From NCBI GenBank assembly GCA_965279375.1, contig OZ257156.1, forward strand, positions 4,000,001 to 4,064,000: 64,000 bases of DNA, written 5' to 3'. This document shows positions 27,809 through 37,354 of this stretch, one piece after another (within the stretch, counting starts at the first letter, position 1; each line of letters begins with the position of its first letter). The position numbers and the translations under genes were made by a program. This DNA is from Gemmatimonas sp. Its GTDB lineage: Bacteria; Gemmatimonadota; Gemmatimonadetes; Gemmatimonadales; Gemmatimonadaceae. The notes below the pieces were generated by a model, which saw only the letters and a program-made list of their open reading frames with translations, did not search any database and was not told where the DNA came from.

Positions 27809-27845
27809 GTGAAACGGGGCGGAGCGCTGGCCGCGCCCCGCCCCG
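27809..27845 (-). terminator. Putative intrinsic terminator after the TonB-dependent receptor
   Basis: Minus strand CGGGGCGGGGCGC-GGCCA-GCGCTCCGCCCCG-TTTCAC. Confidence 0.55.
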
Positions 27846-27875
27846 CCCCGTTCACCGCGCTCTGCGTGCTCGCTT

Positions 27876-30839
27876 TTAGAACGAGTACTGCACGCGGGTC
27901 ATGACCATGCGACCGATCTCGGGCACGCCCGGGAAGGTGCGGATGCGATTGTCGAACATGTTGGTGGCGTTGATCGACCAGAGGAGGCGCTGCGAGCCGA
28001 TGTTGAAGCGCTTGGAGACCTGCGCATCGAACGTGACGGCCTCCGGTACGTTCTCGTAGCAGTACGTGCCTGCAGCGGCCGGCGAGCAGCGATTGAACCC
28101 GGTGGCCGTCGGCGTGGTGGACGGCGCGCCCGCCTGACCGGCGGCGATCGGGAAGGCGACGTTGGTCGCGTAGACGCCGGAGTTCACCGGATAGGACTCG
28201 TTGTAGCGCGTGCGCATCTCGAAACCCATGCCGTTCTCGTCATTGCGATAACGGAAGCCGAGCGAGCCGCGCGAATTGGGCGAGTTCGACATGAGCGGTG
28301 CGCCGTTGCCACCCGGTACGCCATTGAAGGTGTTGCGGCTCTGGTAGCTGTAGGCGACGTCGAACGTGAGGCGATCGTTGGCGACCACGTCAGCGGCGAA
28401 ATCGAGACCGCGCACCCAGATCTTCTGGTTGGACGTGAGGTACGTGGCGTAGATCGCGTTGGGGCGCGTGCTGGCGCTGTTGAAGGTGACCACGCCGAGC
28501 GGGAGCGACGCGACCGCTGGTGTCAGGCCCGTCACGAGCGCCGACACGAGCTGACCGACCTGCGCCTGCGTGAAGCCCAGCGGCACCAACTGCTGGCCGA
28601 GCGTCGCGCCGAGCTGCTGGCCCAGATAGCCGCCGAGCTGCGTCGGGTTGCCGAAGAACACGTTCGGCGTGGAGAGGGCGGCCGAGGTGCCGACGTCGCC
28701 GCGTTCCTGGCCCCAGACGGAGATGTCGTAGCGGAAGCGGTTCCCAATGATGCCCTTGTAACCGCCTTCGAAGGTGTTGTTGAAGGAGGCTGCGAGCGGA
28801 GCGATGTCAGTGAGCTGCGATGTAGTCAGCGGCGTGGTGGCCGAGCTGATGTACGACACTCGGGTTGCGAGATCAGCGTTGGTGGGCTGGCGCGTACCGA
28901 GGAAGGTGATCGCATTGCCTGCGATCTGCGCGGCCAGTGCCTGCGCCTGCGCGGCAGGAACGCCGCCGGCCTGCAGCGCCTGCTGCACACCGCCAGCGAC
29001 GCTCGGCGTGAGGCGCGAGGCCAGCGCCTGCACAGCGCCTGGGAAGGCCGCCGCTGCGCTGGTGGCGACGAAGCCACCCTGCCCCGTGAACGCCGACTTC
29101 ATGCAGTAGTTGCCGAAGGCGCTGTTGGTGGTGCAGCCGCGATTGAACTGCCAGCCCTGCTTGGGCGGGTTGCCCCGAGCCACGAGATCGAAGCCCGAGC
29201 CGCCGATGTTGGGCGACGAGATCAGGTCGAGGAAGAACGAGAAGTTGGCCGGCGTGGAGAACGCGCGATTGAACGTGAAGCGAATGTTCTGGTTGGGCGT
29301 CGGCTTGAAGATGAGCGCGGCGCGCGGTGAGAAGAACTTCGCGTCGATGACGTTGTTGGCGTCGCCGCGGGCGGCGAGCAGAAGCTCGATCTGCTTGATC
29401 GGCTTTGTGCTGGACTGGATGTACGCGCCGTACTCGGTCGTGTTGTCGACGTCCTCGTTCACGCCGTTGGTGATGCCGGCCGTGCGCGGGTTGGTCCAGA
29501 TGTAGTCAACGCCGTAGGTGAAGCTCTGCTTGCGTCCGACGTCAAAGCCGTGCTGGATCTGTACGGCGGCGACGCGCGACTTGTCCACGATCGGCTGGCC
29601 GGAGCGCAGCAGATAGGTGCCGTTGTCCGACGTCGAGGTGTCGTTACCGGCGTTGGTGCTATTGATGAACGCCTGCGCGAAGAGGCGATTCCAGCGGAAG
29701 CGCTGCTGCAGGTTGAGATACGTCCAATCCTTGATCTGCACGGAGCCGTTGGCGCCGGTGAGTTCGATACCGCTTCCGACCTTGGTGAAGCCGAAGGTGG
29801 TGATGGCCTCGGTGTTCTCGGTCGGGCGAACATCGACGCGCGCTTCGCTGCTGAAGCGCTGCAGATCGAAATCACGCTGGCTGGGCTGGCCGCGACGCGA
29901 CGCGGGAACGTTCGCGGTATTCGGGAAGACCTTGGGCTCGCCCTGATCGTTGTACTCCCAATCGCGGCCCTGCATATACTCGCCGGAGAGCTTGTAGGCG
30001 AGCTTGTCGTTCACCTTGCCGGCGTGGCGCAGGCCGGTGCGGATGACGGAGCGCTCGCCGCCATCGACGCTGATGGTCGTGCCCTGCGAATTGAACGGCG
30101 ACTTGGTGATGACGTGGAGCACGCCGTTGGAGCTGTTCGGGCCGTACAGAGCCGACGCCGGTCCGAGGAGCACTTCCATGCGATCGATGTCTTCGTTCGT
30201 GCCCGTCATCAGGAACGGCACGTTGACGCGGAGCGATGGCACACCTGCGAAGCGATAGTCCTGCAGCATGAGCATCGAGCCGCTGAACGCGTTGTTGAAG
30301 CCGCGTGCGACAACGTTGGCCTGCGCGATACCACCGCGATTGATGTCGACACCCGGCGTGTTGCGCAGATGATCGGTGACCGTAATGGCCGGACGCTCGG
30401 TGATCTGCTCGCTGGTGATGACGGAGATCGACGCTGGCGCATCAAGTGCCTTCTCGGGGCGGCTGCGGCTGGCGGTGACGACGGTCTGCGAGAGCTGCGT
30501 CGTCTTTTCCGTGAGCGCTACGTTGAGCGTGGCGCCGGGTCGGATGCCGGTGAAGCCGCGCGCCTGAAACCCGAGCGCGCGAACGGTCACGGTGTAGGTG
30601 CCATCAGGAAGATTGATCACACGATAGACGCCGTCGGCGTTCGTGATCGCACCATATGAAATGCCACCGACGAGTTGCGCTTGCACTTGCGCGTTCTCGA
30701 GCGCGCGTCCGCTAACGGCATCGGTGACCTTTCCCGAAATCGCACCGGTTTGTGCCGACAGCGCAGCCGCTGCGAGCGGCACGGCGGCGAAGGCGCGAAA
30801 GGCAAGGGAGAAAAGTCGTTTGACTCGGGGGACAAGCAT
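27876..30839 (-). CDS. TonB-dependent receptor with N-terminal carboxypeptidase-regulatory-like domain
   Basis: Signal peptide, ISGKVTDA, VVTASR, APASISVIT, plug motif EVLLGPASALYG...GVLHVITK, NMFD, C-terminal RVQYSF. Confidence 0.93.
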   Translation of the reverse strand: MLVPRVKRLFSLAFRAFAAVPLAAAALSAQTGAISGKVTDAVSGRALENAQVQAQLVGGISYGAITNADGVYRVINLPDGTYTVTVRALGFQARGFTGIRPGATLNVALTEKTTQLSQTVVTASRSRPEKALDAPASISVITSEQITERPAITVTDHLRNTPGVDINRGGIAQANVVARGFNNAFSGSMLMLQDYRFAGVPSLRVNVPFLMTGTNEDIDRMEVLLGPASALYGPNSSNGVLHVITKSPFNSQGTTISVDGGERSVIRTGLRHAGKVNDKLAYKLSGEYMQGRDWEYNDQGEPKVFPNTANVPASRRGQPSQRDFDLQRFSSEARVDVRPTENTEAITTFGFTKVGSGIELTGANGSVQIKDWTYLNLQQRFRWNRLFAQAFINSTNAGNDTSTSDNGTYLLRSGQPIVDKSRVAAVQIQHGFDVGRKQSFTYGVDYIWTNPRTAGITNGVNEDVDNTTEYGAYIQSSTKPIKQIELLLAARGDANNVIDAKFFSPRAALIFKPTPNQNIRFTFNRAFSTPANFSFFLDLISSPNIGGSGFDLVARGNPPKQGWQFNRGCTTNSAFGNYCMKSAFTGQGGFVATSAAAAFPGAVQALASRLTPSVAGGVQQALQAGGVPAAQAQALAAQIAGNAITFLGTRQPTNADLATRVSYISSATTPLTTSQLTDIAPLAASFNNTFEGGYKGIIGNRFRYDISVWGQERGDVGTSAALSTPNVFFGNPTQLGGYLGQQLGATLGQQLVPLGFTQAQVGQLVSALVTGLTPAVASLPLGVVTFNSASTRPNAIYATYLTSNQKIWVRGLDFAADVVANDRLTFDVAYSYQSRNTFNGVPGGNGAPLMSNSPNSRGSLGFRYRNDENGMGFEMRTRYNESYPVNSGVYATNVAFPIAAGQAGAPSTTPTATGFNRCSPAAAGTYCYENVPEAVTFDAQVSKRFNIGSQRLLWSINATNMFDNRIRTFPGVPEIGRMVMTRVQYSF

Positions 30840-30926
30840 CGCACACCTCGAAGGGGTGGGAGAGGTACGTCAGGCGCAGCAAGGGCTCGCAGGCAGGAGG
30901 CGAGCAGGACGGGCAGGATGCGGCGT

Positions 30927-30955
30927 ATGTTGGGCGCGTGACTGCCTAGCGTCAA
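30927..30955 (-). promoter_or_regulatory. Putative promoter for the TonB-dependent receptor
   Basis: TTGACG-17 nt-CAACAT. Confidence 0.45.
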
Positions 30956-30959
30956 TATG

Positions 30960-33311
30960 TCACAACGAACCACAGATCCGGTCGAGGTCCTGTATCCCGA
31001 CCAAGACATCGCGCGGCCGCGCACCGCCCTCGGAGGGCGCGAGGACGCCCGCCTCTTCGAGCTGGTCGATGATGCGCGCCGCACGTCCATAGCCGACTTT
31101 CAATCGTCGTTGCAACAACGAAGTCGACCCCTGACGATGCTGAATGACGACCTCCGCCGCCTCGCGGAAGCGCGCATCGCGGTCGCCGCCACTGCCTTCC
31201 GCGTCGTCGTCGCCATCACCCGCGGCCTTCGCTTCGAGCGCGCGCACCGCTTCGAGGATATCCGGCTCCGCTTCTGCTGTTTCGGCACCGGCACGTTCTG
31301 CGAGACGACGCGCGGTCGCGTCGCCGTACCAGCGGAGCAGCTTCTCCGTATCCTCACTGGAGAGATACGCGCCCTGTAGTCGCGATGCCTCCGACTTGCC
31401 GGGCGGAATGAAGAGCATGTCGCCGTTGCCGAGCAAGGACTCCGCACCAGCGCCGTCGATGATCGTGCGACTGTCCACCTGCGACGCGACGCGGAACGCG
31501 ATGCGGCACGGGAAATTCGCCTTGATGAGACCCGTGATGACGTTCACGCTCGGACGCTGCGTGGCGAGAATGAGGTGAATGCCGATCGCGCGTGCTTTCT
31601 GCGCCAGCATCGCGATGGGCGTTTCCACTTCACCCTGCACGGTCATCATGAGGTCGGCCATTTCATCGATGACCACGACGATGTACGGCAACACGCCGCC
31701 CTTGTACGTGCGATCTTCGAAGCCGACGTCGGGGCGCTTCGGCGTCTGCAGCGGCGGCACCTCTTCGCCCGCTTCCTGCTGCTGCACACGCTTGTTGAAC
31801 TCCTGCAGGTTGCGGCAGGCATTGGCCTCGAGCAACCGATAGCGATCCTGCATCTCCATCACGGCCCACTTAAGCACTGCGGCGGCGTCGCGATTGTCCG
31901 TGATGACCTTGTGTCGGAGATGCGGCAGCGCGTTGTACACGCTCAACTCGACCATCTTCGGGTCCACCATCAGGAAGCGCAGCGTCTTGGGCGTATGTCG
32001 ATACGCGAGGCTGGTGATGATGGTGTTCACACAGACCGACTTACCGGAGCCCGTCGCGCCCGCGATCAGCAGATGCGGCATCTTGGCCAGATCTGCGACG
32101 ACCGCGCGCCCCTCGAGATCCTTGCCGAGCGCAATCGGCAGCGCAGCGCGCGCCTGCTGGAAGTCGCGCGACTCGAGCACTTCGCGCAGCACCACCATCT
32201 CGGGCGACGGATTGGGTACCTCGACACCAACGGCTCCACGACCCGGAATCGGAGCGACAATCCGAATGCTCGGCGCGCGCATCGCCAGCGCGAGATCGTC
32301 TGCAAGCGTCGCGATCTGCCGCACCTTCACACCCGCCGCGGGCTCGATCTCGAACTGCGTCACGCTGGGCCCGGTGGTGCGACCCACCAACTCTCCTTCG
32401 ACTTTGAACGTGCGCAGCGTGGCCATCAGCTTCTCGCCGGCCAGATCCAATTCGCGGCGCCCGACGTCAGGATTTCGTGCGGGCGCGGGTGTGAGCAGGT
32501 CCGTTGGCGGCAGCTCGTCGCTCATCGGCTCACCTTCGCCCGCCACTCCATCCAGCGCGAACTCGGGCGCGACATCGCGCGCCACCGGCGGTGTCTTCCT
32601 CGACTTCTTGTCGGCAGTTGCGCGAGCTGTCTCTGTCACGACAGCGGGCGTCGAGCGCTCCTGGAGCAGGTCGCGTGCGAGGGTCGGATCGATCGCCGGC
32701 ATGTCCTCCGGCGGCGGCGCGAGGCGCTCCGCCAGCGTTGCCGCGACGATCTTGTTCGGGGCAGTCACGCGTGCTGGGGCGTCGTCCGGCGCGGCGCTCC
32801 GCGCGCTCGGCCCAACCAGCATCCGAATCGGATTCCAGCGCAGCGTGAAGACCGTCAGGGCGCTCGTGGCCAGCACGAAGGCGATCCATGCTCCGGCGGC
32901 GCCCAGTCCTTTGCGCAGGTAGTGGGCCGCGAAGCTTCCCCACAGGCCCGTCGCATCCGTGGCCTCAGGCGCCCCGCCCATGGCGAGGCCAATGGCGACC
33001 GGAACCAACACGACGACGCCAGCGACCAACACGCCCCACTCACGTAGGTCGTCGTCCTCACGCCGAAGCCGCCCAAACAGCGTCAGGGACGCCGCCAGAC
33101 AGCCAAGCGCGACCAGTGCGGCCCCTGGCATTCCCAGCACCGACACGAGCCCGCAGCGCGCCCAGGTGCCGGCCGGACCAAAGGCACCCGTGGCATCGAG
33201 ACAGCTCCCACTTTCAGGCACTCGCTGGAAAATCAGCGCCCCCGACAGAAACACGGCCAGCAGAATCAGGCCGATCGCGGCCAGCTCCTTCCGCAGCACG
33301 CGTGCGTCCAT
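30960..33311 (-). CDS. ftsK: DNA translocase FtsK
   Basis: N-terminal TMs; MPHLLIAGATGSGKSV, VDPKMVEL, VIDEMADLMM, ATQRPSVNVITG, gamma domain STSLLQRRLKVGYGRAARI. Confidence 0.97.
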   Translation of the reverse strand: MDARVLRKELAAIGLILLAVFLSGALIFQRVPESGSCLDATGAFGPAGTWARCGLVSVLGMPGAALVALGCLAASLTLFGRLRREDDDLREWGVLVAGVVVLVPVAIGLAMGGAPEATDATGLWGSFAAHYLRKGLGAAGAWIAFVLATSALTVFTLRWNPIRMLVGPSARSAAPDDAPARVTAPNKIVAATLAERLAPPPEDMPAIDPTLARDLLQERSTPAVVTETARATADKKSRKTPPVARDVAPEFALDGVAGEGEPMSDELPPTDLLTPAPARNPDVGRRELDLAGEKLMATLRTFKVEGELVGRTTGPSVTQFEIEPAAGVKVRQIATLADDLALAMRAPSIRIVAPIPGRGAVGVEVPNPSPEMVVLREVLESRDFQQARAALPIALGKDLEGRAVVADLAKMPHLLIAGATGSGKSVCVNTIITSLAYRHTPKTLRFLMVDPKMVELSVYNALPHLRHKVITDNRDAAAVLKWAVMEMQDRYRLLEANACRNLQEFNKRVQQQEAGEEVPPLQTPKRPDVGFEDRTYKGGVLPYIVVVIDEMADLMMTVQGEVETPIAMLAQKARAIGIHLILATQRPSVNVITGLIKANFPCRIAFRVASQVDSRTIIDGAGAESLLGNGDMLFIPPGKSEASRLQGAYLSSEDTEKLLRWYGDATARRLAERAGAETAEAEPDILEAVRALEAKAAGDGDDDAEGSGGDRDARFREAAEVVIQHRQGSTSLLQRRLKVGYGRAARIIDQLEEAGVLAPSEGGARPRDVLVGIQDLDRICGSL

Positions 33312-33314
33312 GGG

Positions 33315-34070
33315 TTAGTTCGCCTCAGCGGTGGCTGGACGCAGCGCGCCGTCGATGCACTCCACCGCCAGCGGAATACTGTCCGGCGCGAAACACACGG
33401 CCACGTCCGCCGCGAATCCAGCCTGCGACAGTGTGTGCGCGTGCACCGCGTCGTCTGCAAGCTGAGCGAGAGAGGCGATGTACGGTCGCTCCGCGTAGCG
33501 CGCCACCGTGGCGCTGTCCGTGCGAATCGCTTCAGGAAACCGATCCGAGAGCAATCGCACGAGACGACCCGCGCACACCACGTCTTCGAGCGCTACCCGT
33601 CGATCGGTGCCGGAACACACAACCAGCACGCCGTTCAGCTTCGCGTCGCGCTCGCTGCGCCGCGCGACGGCGTCGACGGTGGCTCCTGCATTCACGAAAG
33701 CCGCGAGAAAGGTCGCGCGTGCAGCGTGCATCTCGGCGAGGGCCGCCGTGCCATTCGTCGTGGTGAACAGAATCGTGCGTCCCTCCACGGCCTGCGTCGA
33801 ATACTCGAGAGGAGAATTGCCCAGATCGAATCCGGGAATCCGAACCATCGCGCGCTCGCCGGCGGTGAGTACCGATCCGGCATCGGCAGCCAGCGCACGC
33901 GCCTGCATCGTTTCCTCCACGCTGCCGAATGGTCGCACCGCAGCCGCGCCATTCGCCAACGCGCGCGCGACCGTCGTGGCCGCGCGCAACACATCGATCA
34001 CGATCACGAGCCGATCGGCCACGTCGGCGGGCGCGCGGAGCGCCTCGCCGAGCAGCACGTCGATCCGCAC
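33315..34070 (-). CDS. 2-phosphosulfolactate phosphatase (ComB) family protein
   Basis: VIDVLRAATT, GER, GFDLGNSP, TTTNGT, EDVVCAG. Confidence 0.9.
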   Translation of the reverse strand: MRIDVLLGEALRAPADVADRLVIVIDVLRAATTVARALANGAAAVRPFGSVEETMQARALAADAGSVLTAGERAMVRIPGFDLGNSPLEYSTQAVEGRTILFTTTNGTAALAEMHAARATFLAAFVNAGATVDAVARRSERDAKLNGVLVVCSGTDRRVALEDVVCAGRLVRLLSDRFPEAIRTDSATVARYAERPYIASLAQLADDAVHAHTLSQAGFAADVAVCFAPDSIPLAVECIDGALRPATAEAN

Positions 34071-35428
34071 TATACGGGATCCTTGAGGAGTTCTGCCCCC
34101 TCAGCTTCGAGGAACTTCGTGTGCACGCGGCCGGCCTGGAAACCGGGGTGCTGCATCACACGCGCGAGAAACGGAATGGTCGTCTTCACGCCTTCGATGA
34201 CGAAACTCTCGAGCGCGATCTGCATACGCTTGAGCGCTTCCTGTCGATCCGCGCCCTGTACGATGAGCTTGGCGATGAGCGAATCGTAGAACGGCGGCAC
34301 GGTGTAGCCGGCGTAGGCGTGTGTGTCGATGCGCACGCCAGGACCGCCCGGCTGATGGAACGTGTCGATGCGACCCGGCGACGGCTGGAAGTTGCGCGAC
34401 GGATCTTCCGCGTTCACTCGGCACTCGATGACATGGCCGCGGAACGGCGGCAGCGACTTGACGCGCAGTTCCTCACCGGCCGCCACCCGAATCTGCTCCT
34501 TCACGAGATCGACGCCCGTGAGCATTTCCGTCACCGGATGCTCCACCTGAATGCGGGTGTTCATCTCCATGAAGTAAAACGAGCCGTCTTCGTCGAGCAG
34601 CATTTCGATCGTACCGGCGCCCACATAGTTGATCGCTTGCGCGCCACGCACGGCCGCTTCGCCCATGCGCTCGCGCAGCTCGGGTGTCATGACGGGGCAC
34701 GGCGCTTCTTCGATCAGCTTCTGGTGGCGACGCTGCACCGAGCAGTCGCGCTCGCCGAGATGGATGACGTTGCCGTGGCGATCGCCGAGGATCTGGAATT
34801 CGACGTGGCGCGGACGCTCGAGAAACTTCTCGACGTACACGTCGCCGTTGCCGAAGGCAGACAACGCTTCAGAGCGCGCGAGCTGAAAGCTGCGTGCGAA
34901 ATCGTCCGGATCACGCGCGACGCGCATGCCCTTGCCACCACCACCGGCGGCGGCCTTGATGATGACCGGGAAGCCGATGTCGCGCGCGAACCCGAGCGCT
35001 TCTTCCACGTCTTCCACCGGACCGGGTGTGCCGGGCACGATCGGCACGCCGCATTCGGCCATCGCGCGACGGGCCGATGCCTTGTCACCCATGATGCGAA
35101 TCTGGTCGGGCGTCGGACCGATGAAGGTGATGCCCGAGGCGCGGCAGGTTTCGGCGAACTCCGCGTTCTCCGCGAGGAAGCCGTAGCCGGGGTGGATGGC
35201 ATCGGCGCCGGTGATTTCGGCGGCGGCGATCAGGCGCGGAATCTTGAGATACGATTCGCGACCCGACGCGGGGCCAATGCACACGTCGTCGTCGGCGAAG
35301 CGCACGTGCAGCGATTCGCGGTCAGCCTCGGAGTACACGGCGACCGTCTGGATATCGAGTTCGCGGCAGGCTCTGATGACGCGCAGAGCAATCTCGCCGC
35401 GGTTCGCGATGAGGACCTTTTTGAACAT
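34070..35428 (-). CDS. accC: Acetyl-CoA carboxylase biotin carboxylase
   Basis: [63 protein letters not shown]. Confidence 0.98.
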   Translation of the reverse strand: MFKKVLIANRGEIALRVIRACRELDIQTVAVYSEADRESLHVRFADDDVCIGPASGRESYLKIPRLIAAAEITGADAIHPGYGFLAENAEFAETCRASGITFIGPTPDQIRIMGDKASARRAMAECGVPIVPGTPGPVEDVEEALGFARDIGFPVIIKAAAGGGGKGMRVARDPDDFARSFQLARSEALSAFGNGDVYVEKFLERPRHVEFQILGDRHGNVIHLGERDCSVQRRHQKLIEEAPCPVMTPELRERMGEAAVRGAQAINYVGAGTIEMLLDEDGSFYFMEMNTRIQVEHPVTEMLTGVDLVKEQIRVAAGEELRVKSLPPFRGHVIECRVNAEDPSRNFQPSPGRIDTFHQPGGPGVRIDTHAYAGYTVPPFYDSLIAKLIVQGADRQEALKRMQIALESFVIEGVKTTIPFLARVMQHPGFQAGRVHTKFLEAEGAELLKDPV

Positions 35429-35569
35429 GTCGTTGGGCAGGGGGCCGGCATCGCGGACCGACGGCAATCACCGCCGGCCGCCGGGGTGAGCGTGCTACGC
35501 CCTCCCCCGTGTCGAGCCACGCCGAATGGTGGCGAGGTCCCCCGCCTGACGCTAGGTCAGGACGCTATC

Positions 35570-36736
35570 TCAGGAGCGATTGCTGCCCTGCTTGAAGCCA
35601 TCCCAGCTGGCATCGCTGGATCCATCGACGCCCTGCACCCGGAGCCCGAACTCGGCCGGATTGGTCGCGTAGAAGAGCGCGTTCTCGTACGAGATGACGC
35701 CGCGCGAATACCAATTCATGAGTGACTGGTCGAAGCTCTGCATGCCGTAAGCCACCGAGCCTTCCTTGATCAGGTCGGGGATGTTGAGCGCCGCAGAGAT
35801 GTCGCGGATCTGATCGGCGACGGCTTCGGTGTTAACCAAAACTTCGCAGGCCGGGACGCGCCCCGGTTCGTCCTTGCGCGGCACGAGACGCAGCGAGATC
35901 ACCGCCGAGAGCGCGTTGGCCAGCGCGAAACGCACCTCGTTCTGCTGGTGCGGCGGGTAGAACGACAGCATCCGATTGATCGTCAGCGTCGCATTCGTCG
36001 TGTGCAGCGTCGAGAAAACGAGATGACCCGTACCGGCAGCCTTGAGCGCCACATCGAGCGTTTCGAGGTCGCGGATTTCGCCGATCATGATGACATCGGG
36101 ATCCTGACGCAGCACACGGCGCAGCGCCTGCGCGAAGGCCGCCGTGTCGGTGCCCACTTCGCGCTGGTTGATGTGGCTCAGCGCATCGCGATGCACGAAC
36201 TCGATCGGATCTTCGATCGTGATGATGTTCGCGGCGCGGCGCTCGTTGATGTGGTGCACCATGGCGGCGAGCGCGGTGCTCTTGCCGGATCCGGTGACGC
36301 CCGTGACCAGCACGAGGCCACGAGGCTTGAGTGCGATGTTCTCGAGCACCGGCGGGAGATTCAGCTCGCGAATGGACGCGGCCGCGTGCGCGATCGCGCG
36401 CATGGCGAAGGCGACAGTGCCCTTCTGCTGATAGACATTGACGCGGAAACGGCCGATGCCCGGCACGTTGATCGCGAAGTCGGCCTCGCGCATTTCCACG
36501 AACTCACGCAGCTGCGCCGGTGGCAGCAGCTGCTCAGCGAGTGTGCGCAGCTCCTCGGGACGCATGGCCGGCATCGCGAGGGGAACGAGGTCTCCGTGGA
36601 GTCGCAGCGTCGGTGGACGGCCGACTTTGAGATGCAAGTCGGACGCGCCCTCCCGAACCATCCTTTGCAGCGCGGCCTTGAGATCCAGCCCTGCTGCAGG
36701 TGCCGCGCCGATTGGGGCGTCGGAGACCATCGTCAT
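35570..36736 (-). CDS. PilT/PilU family type IV pilus retraction ATPase (PilU-like)
   Basis: ASDLHL, GRFRVN, Walker A GVTGSGKST, TIEDPIE, LRQDPDVIMIGEIRD, GHLVFSTLH, GMQSFDQSL. PilT AIRNLIRE is replaced by AVADQIRD. Confidence 0.93.
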   Translation of the reverse strand: MTMVSDAPIGAAPAAGLDLKAALQRMVREGASDLHLKVGRPPTLRLHGDLVPLAMPAMRPEELRTLAEQLLPPAQLREFVEMREADFAINVPGIGRFRVNVYQQKGTVAFAMRAIAHAAASIRELNLPPVLENIALKPRGLVLVTGVTGSGKSTALAAMVHHINERRAANIITIEDPIEFVHRDALSHINQREVGTDTAAFAQALRRVLRQDPDVIMIGEIRDLETLDVALKAAGTGHLVFSTLHTTNATLTINRMLSFYPPHQQNEVRFALANALSAVISLRLVPRKDEPGRVPACEVLVNTEAVADQIRDISAALNIPDLIKEGSVAYGMQSFDQSLMNWYSRGVISYENALFYATNPAEFGLRVQGVDGSSDASWDGFKQGSNRS

Positions 36737-36747
36737 GTCGTCATGTC

Positions 36748-37248
36748 TCAGCCGTTCGGATCCACCCGGTAGAGCACCTGCCCGAACTCGACGGGATGCG
36801 AGTCAGTCACGCCGACCTCACGCACCACGCCATCGTATTCGGACTCGAGCTCATTCATGATCTTCATCGCCTCGATGATGCAGACGATCTGCCCCTTGCT
36901 CACGCGATCGCCGACTGAGATGTACGGCTTCGCGCCAGGCTCCGGCGCAGAGTAAAACGTCCCCACCATCGGTGACTTGATCTCGAGAAGGCTCGCCTTC
37001 GGTGCCTCGGCCTTCGGCACCGCTACGACACCCTCTTCGGCAGGACGCGCCGCCGTGACATTCGGCAACACCGCCGGCGCCGCAACAGGCGCGGCCATCG
37101 GTGCGGCGACCGTCATCGCGGCCGCCCGCTGCTGCGGGCTCTTCGAGATCCGGAGCTTCATGCCCTTGTCAGACGAGATCTCGATGGAATCCACGGTCGA
37201 GCCGTCGAGCATCTCGATCAGCTTCTTCACGTAGCGCAGGTCAATCAT
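36748..37248 (-). CDS. accB: Biotin carboxyl carrier protein
   Basis: Ala/Pro linker, KSPMVGTFY, IIEAMKIMNE (biotinylated Lys), VEFGQ. Confidence 0.97.
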   Translation of the reverse strand: MIDLRYVKKLIEMLDGSTVDSIEISSDKGMKLRISKSPQQRAAAMTVAAPMAAPVAAPAVLPNVTAARPAEEGVVAVPKAEAPKASLLEIKSPMVGTFYSAPEPGAKPYISVGDRVSKGQIVCIIEAMKIMNELESEYDGVVREVGVTDSHPVEFGQVLYRVDPNG

Positions 37249-37354
37249 GGCGGGGGCGGTCGATGGAAACGAGGCAAGTTCGATCGCAGCCACGACAGGG
37301 CGCGCGCGAACCAGGTAGGCTCGGTCGGCCCTAGAGGGCGCCGACCGGTTGGCG

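Noticed and set aside
30840..30926. Cobalamin or TPP riboswitch ahead of the TonB-dependent receptor
   Set aside because: The leader is only about 80 nt and I could not find B12-box or TPP consensus elements.
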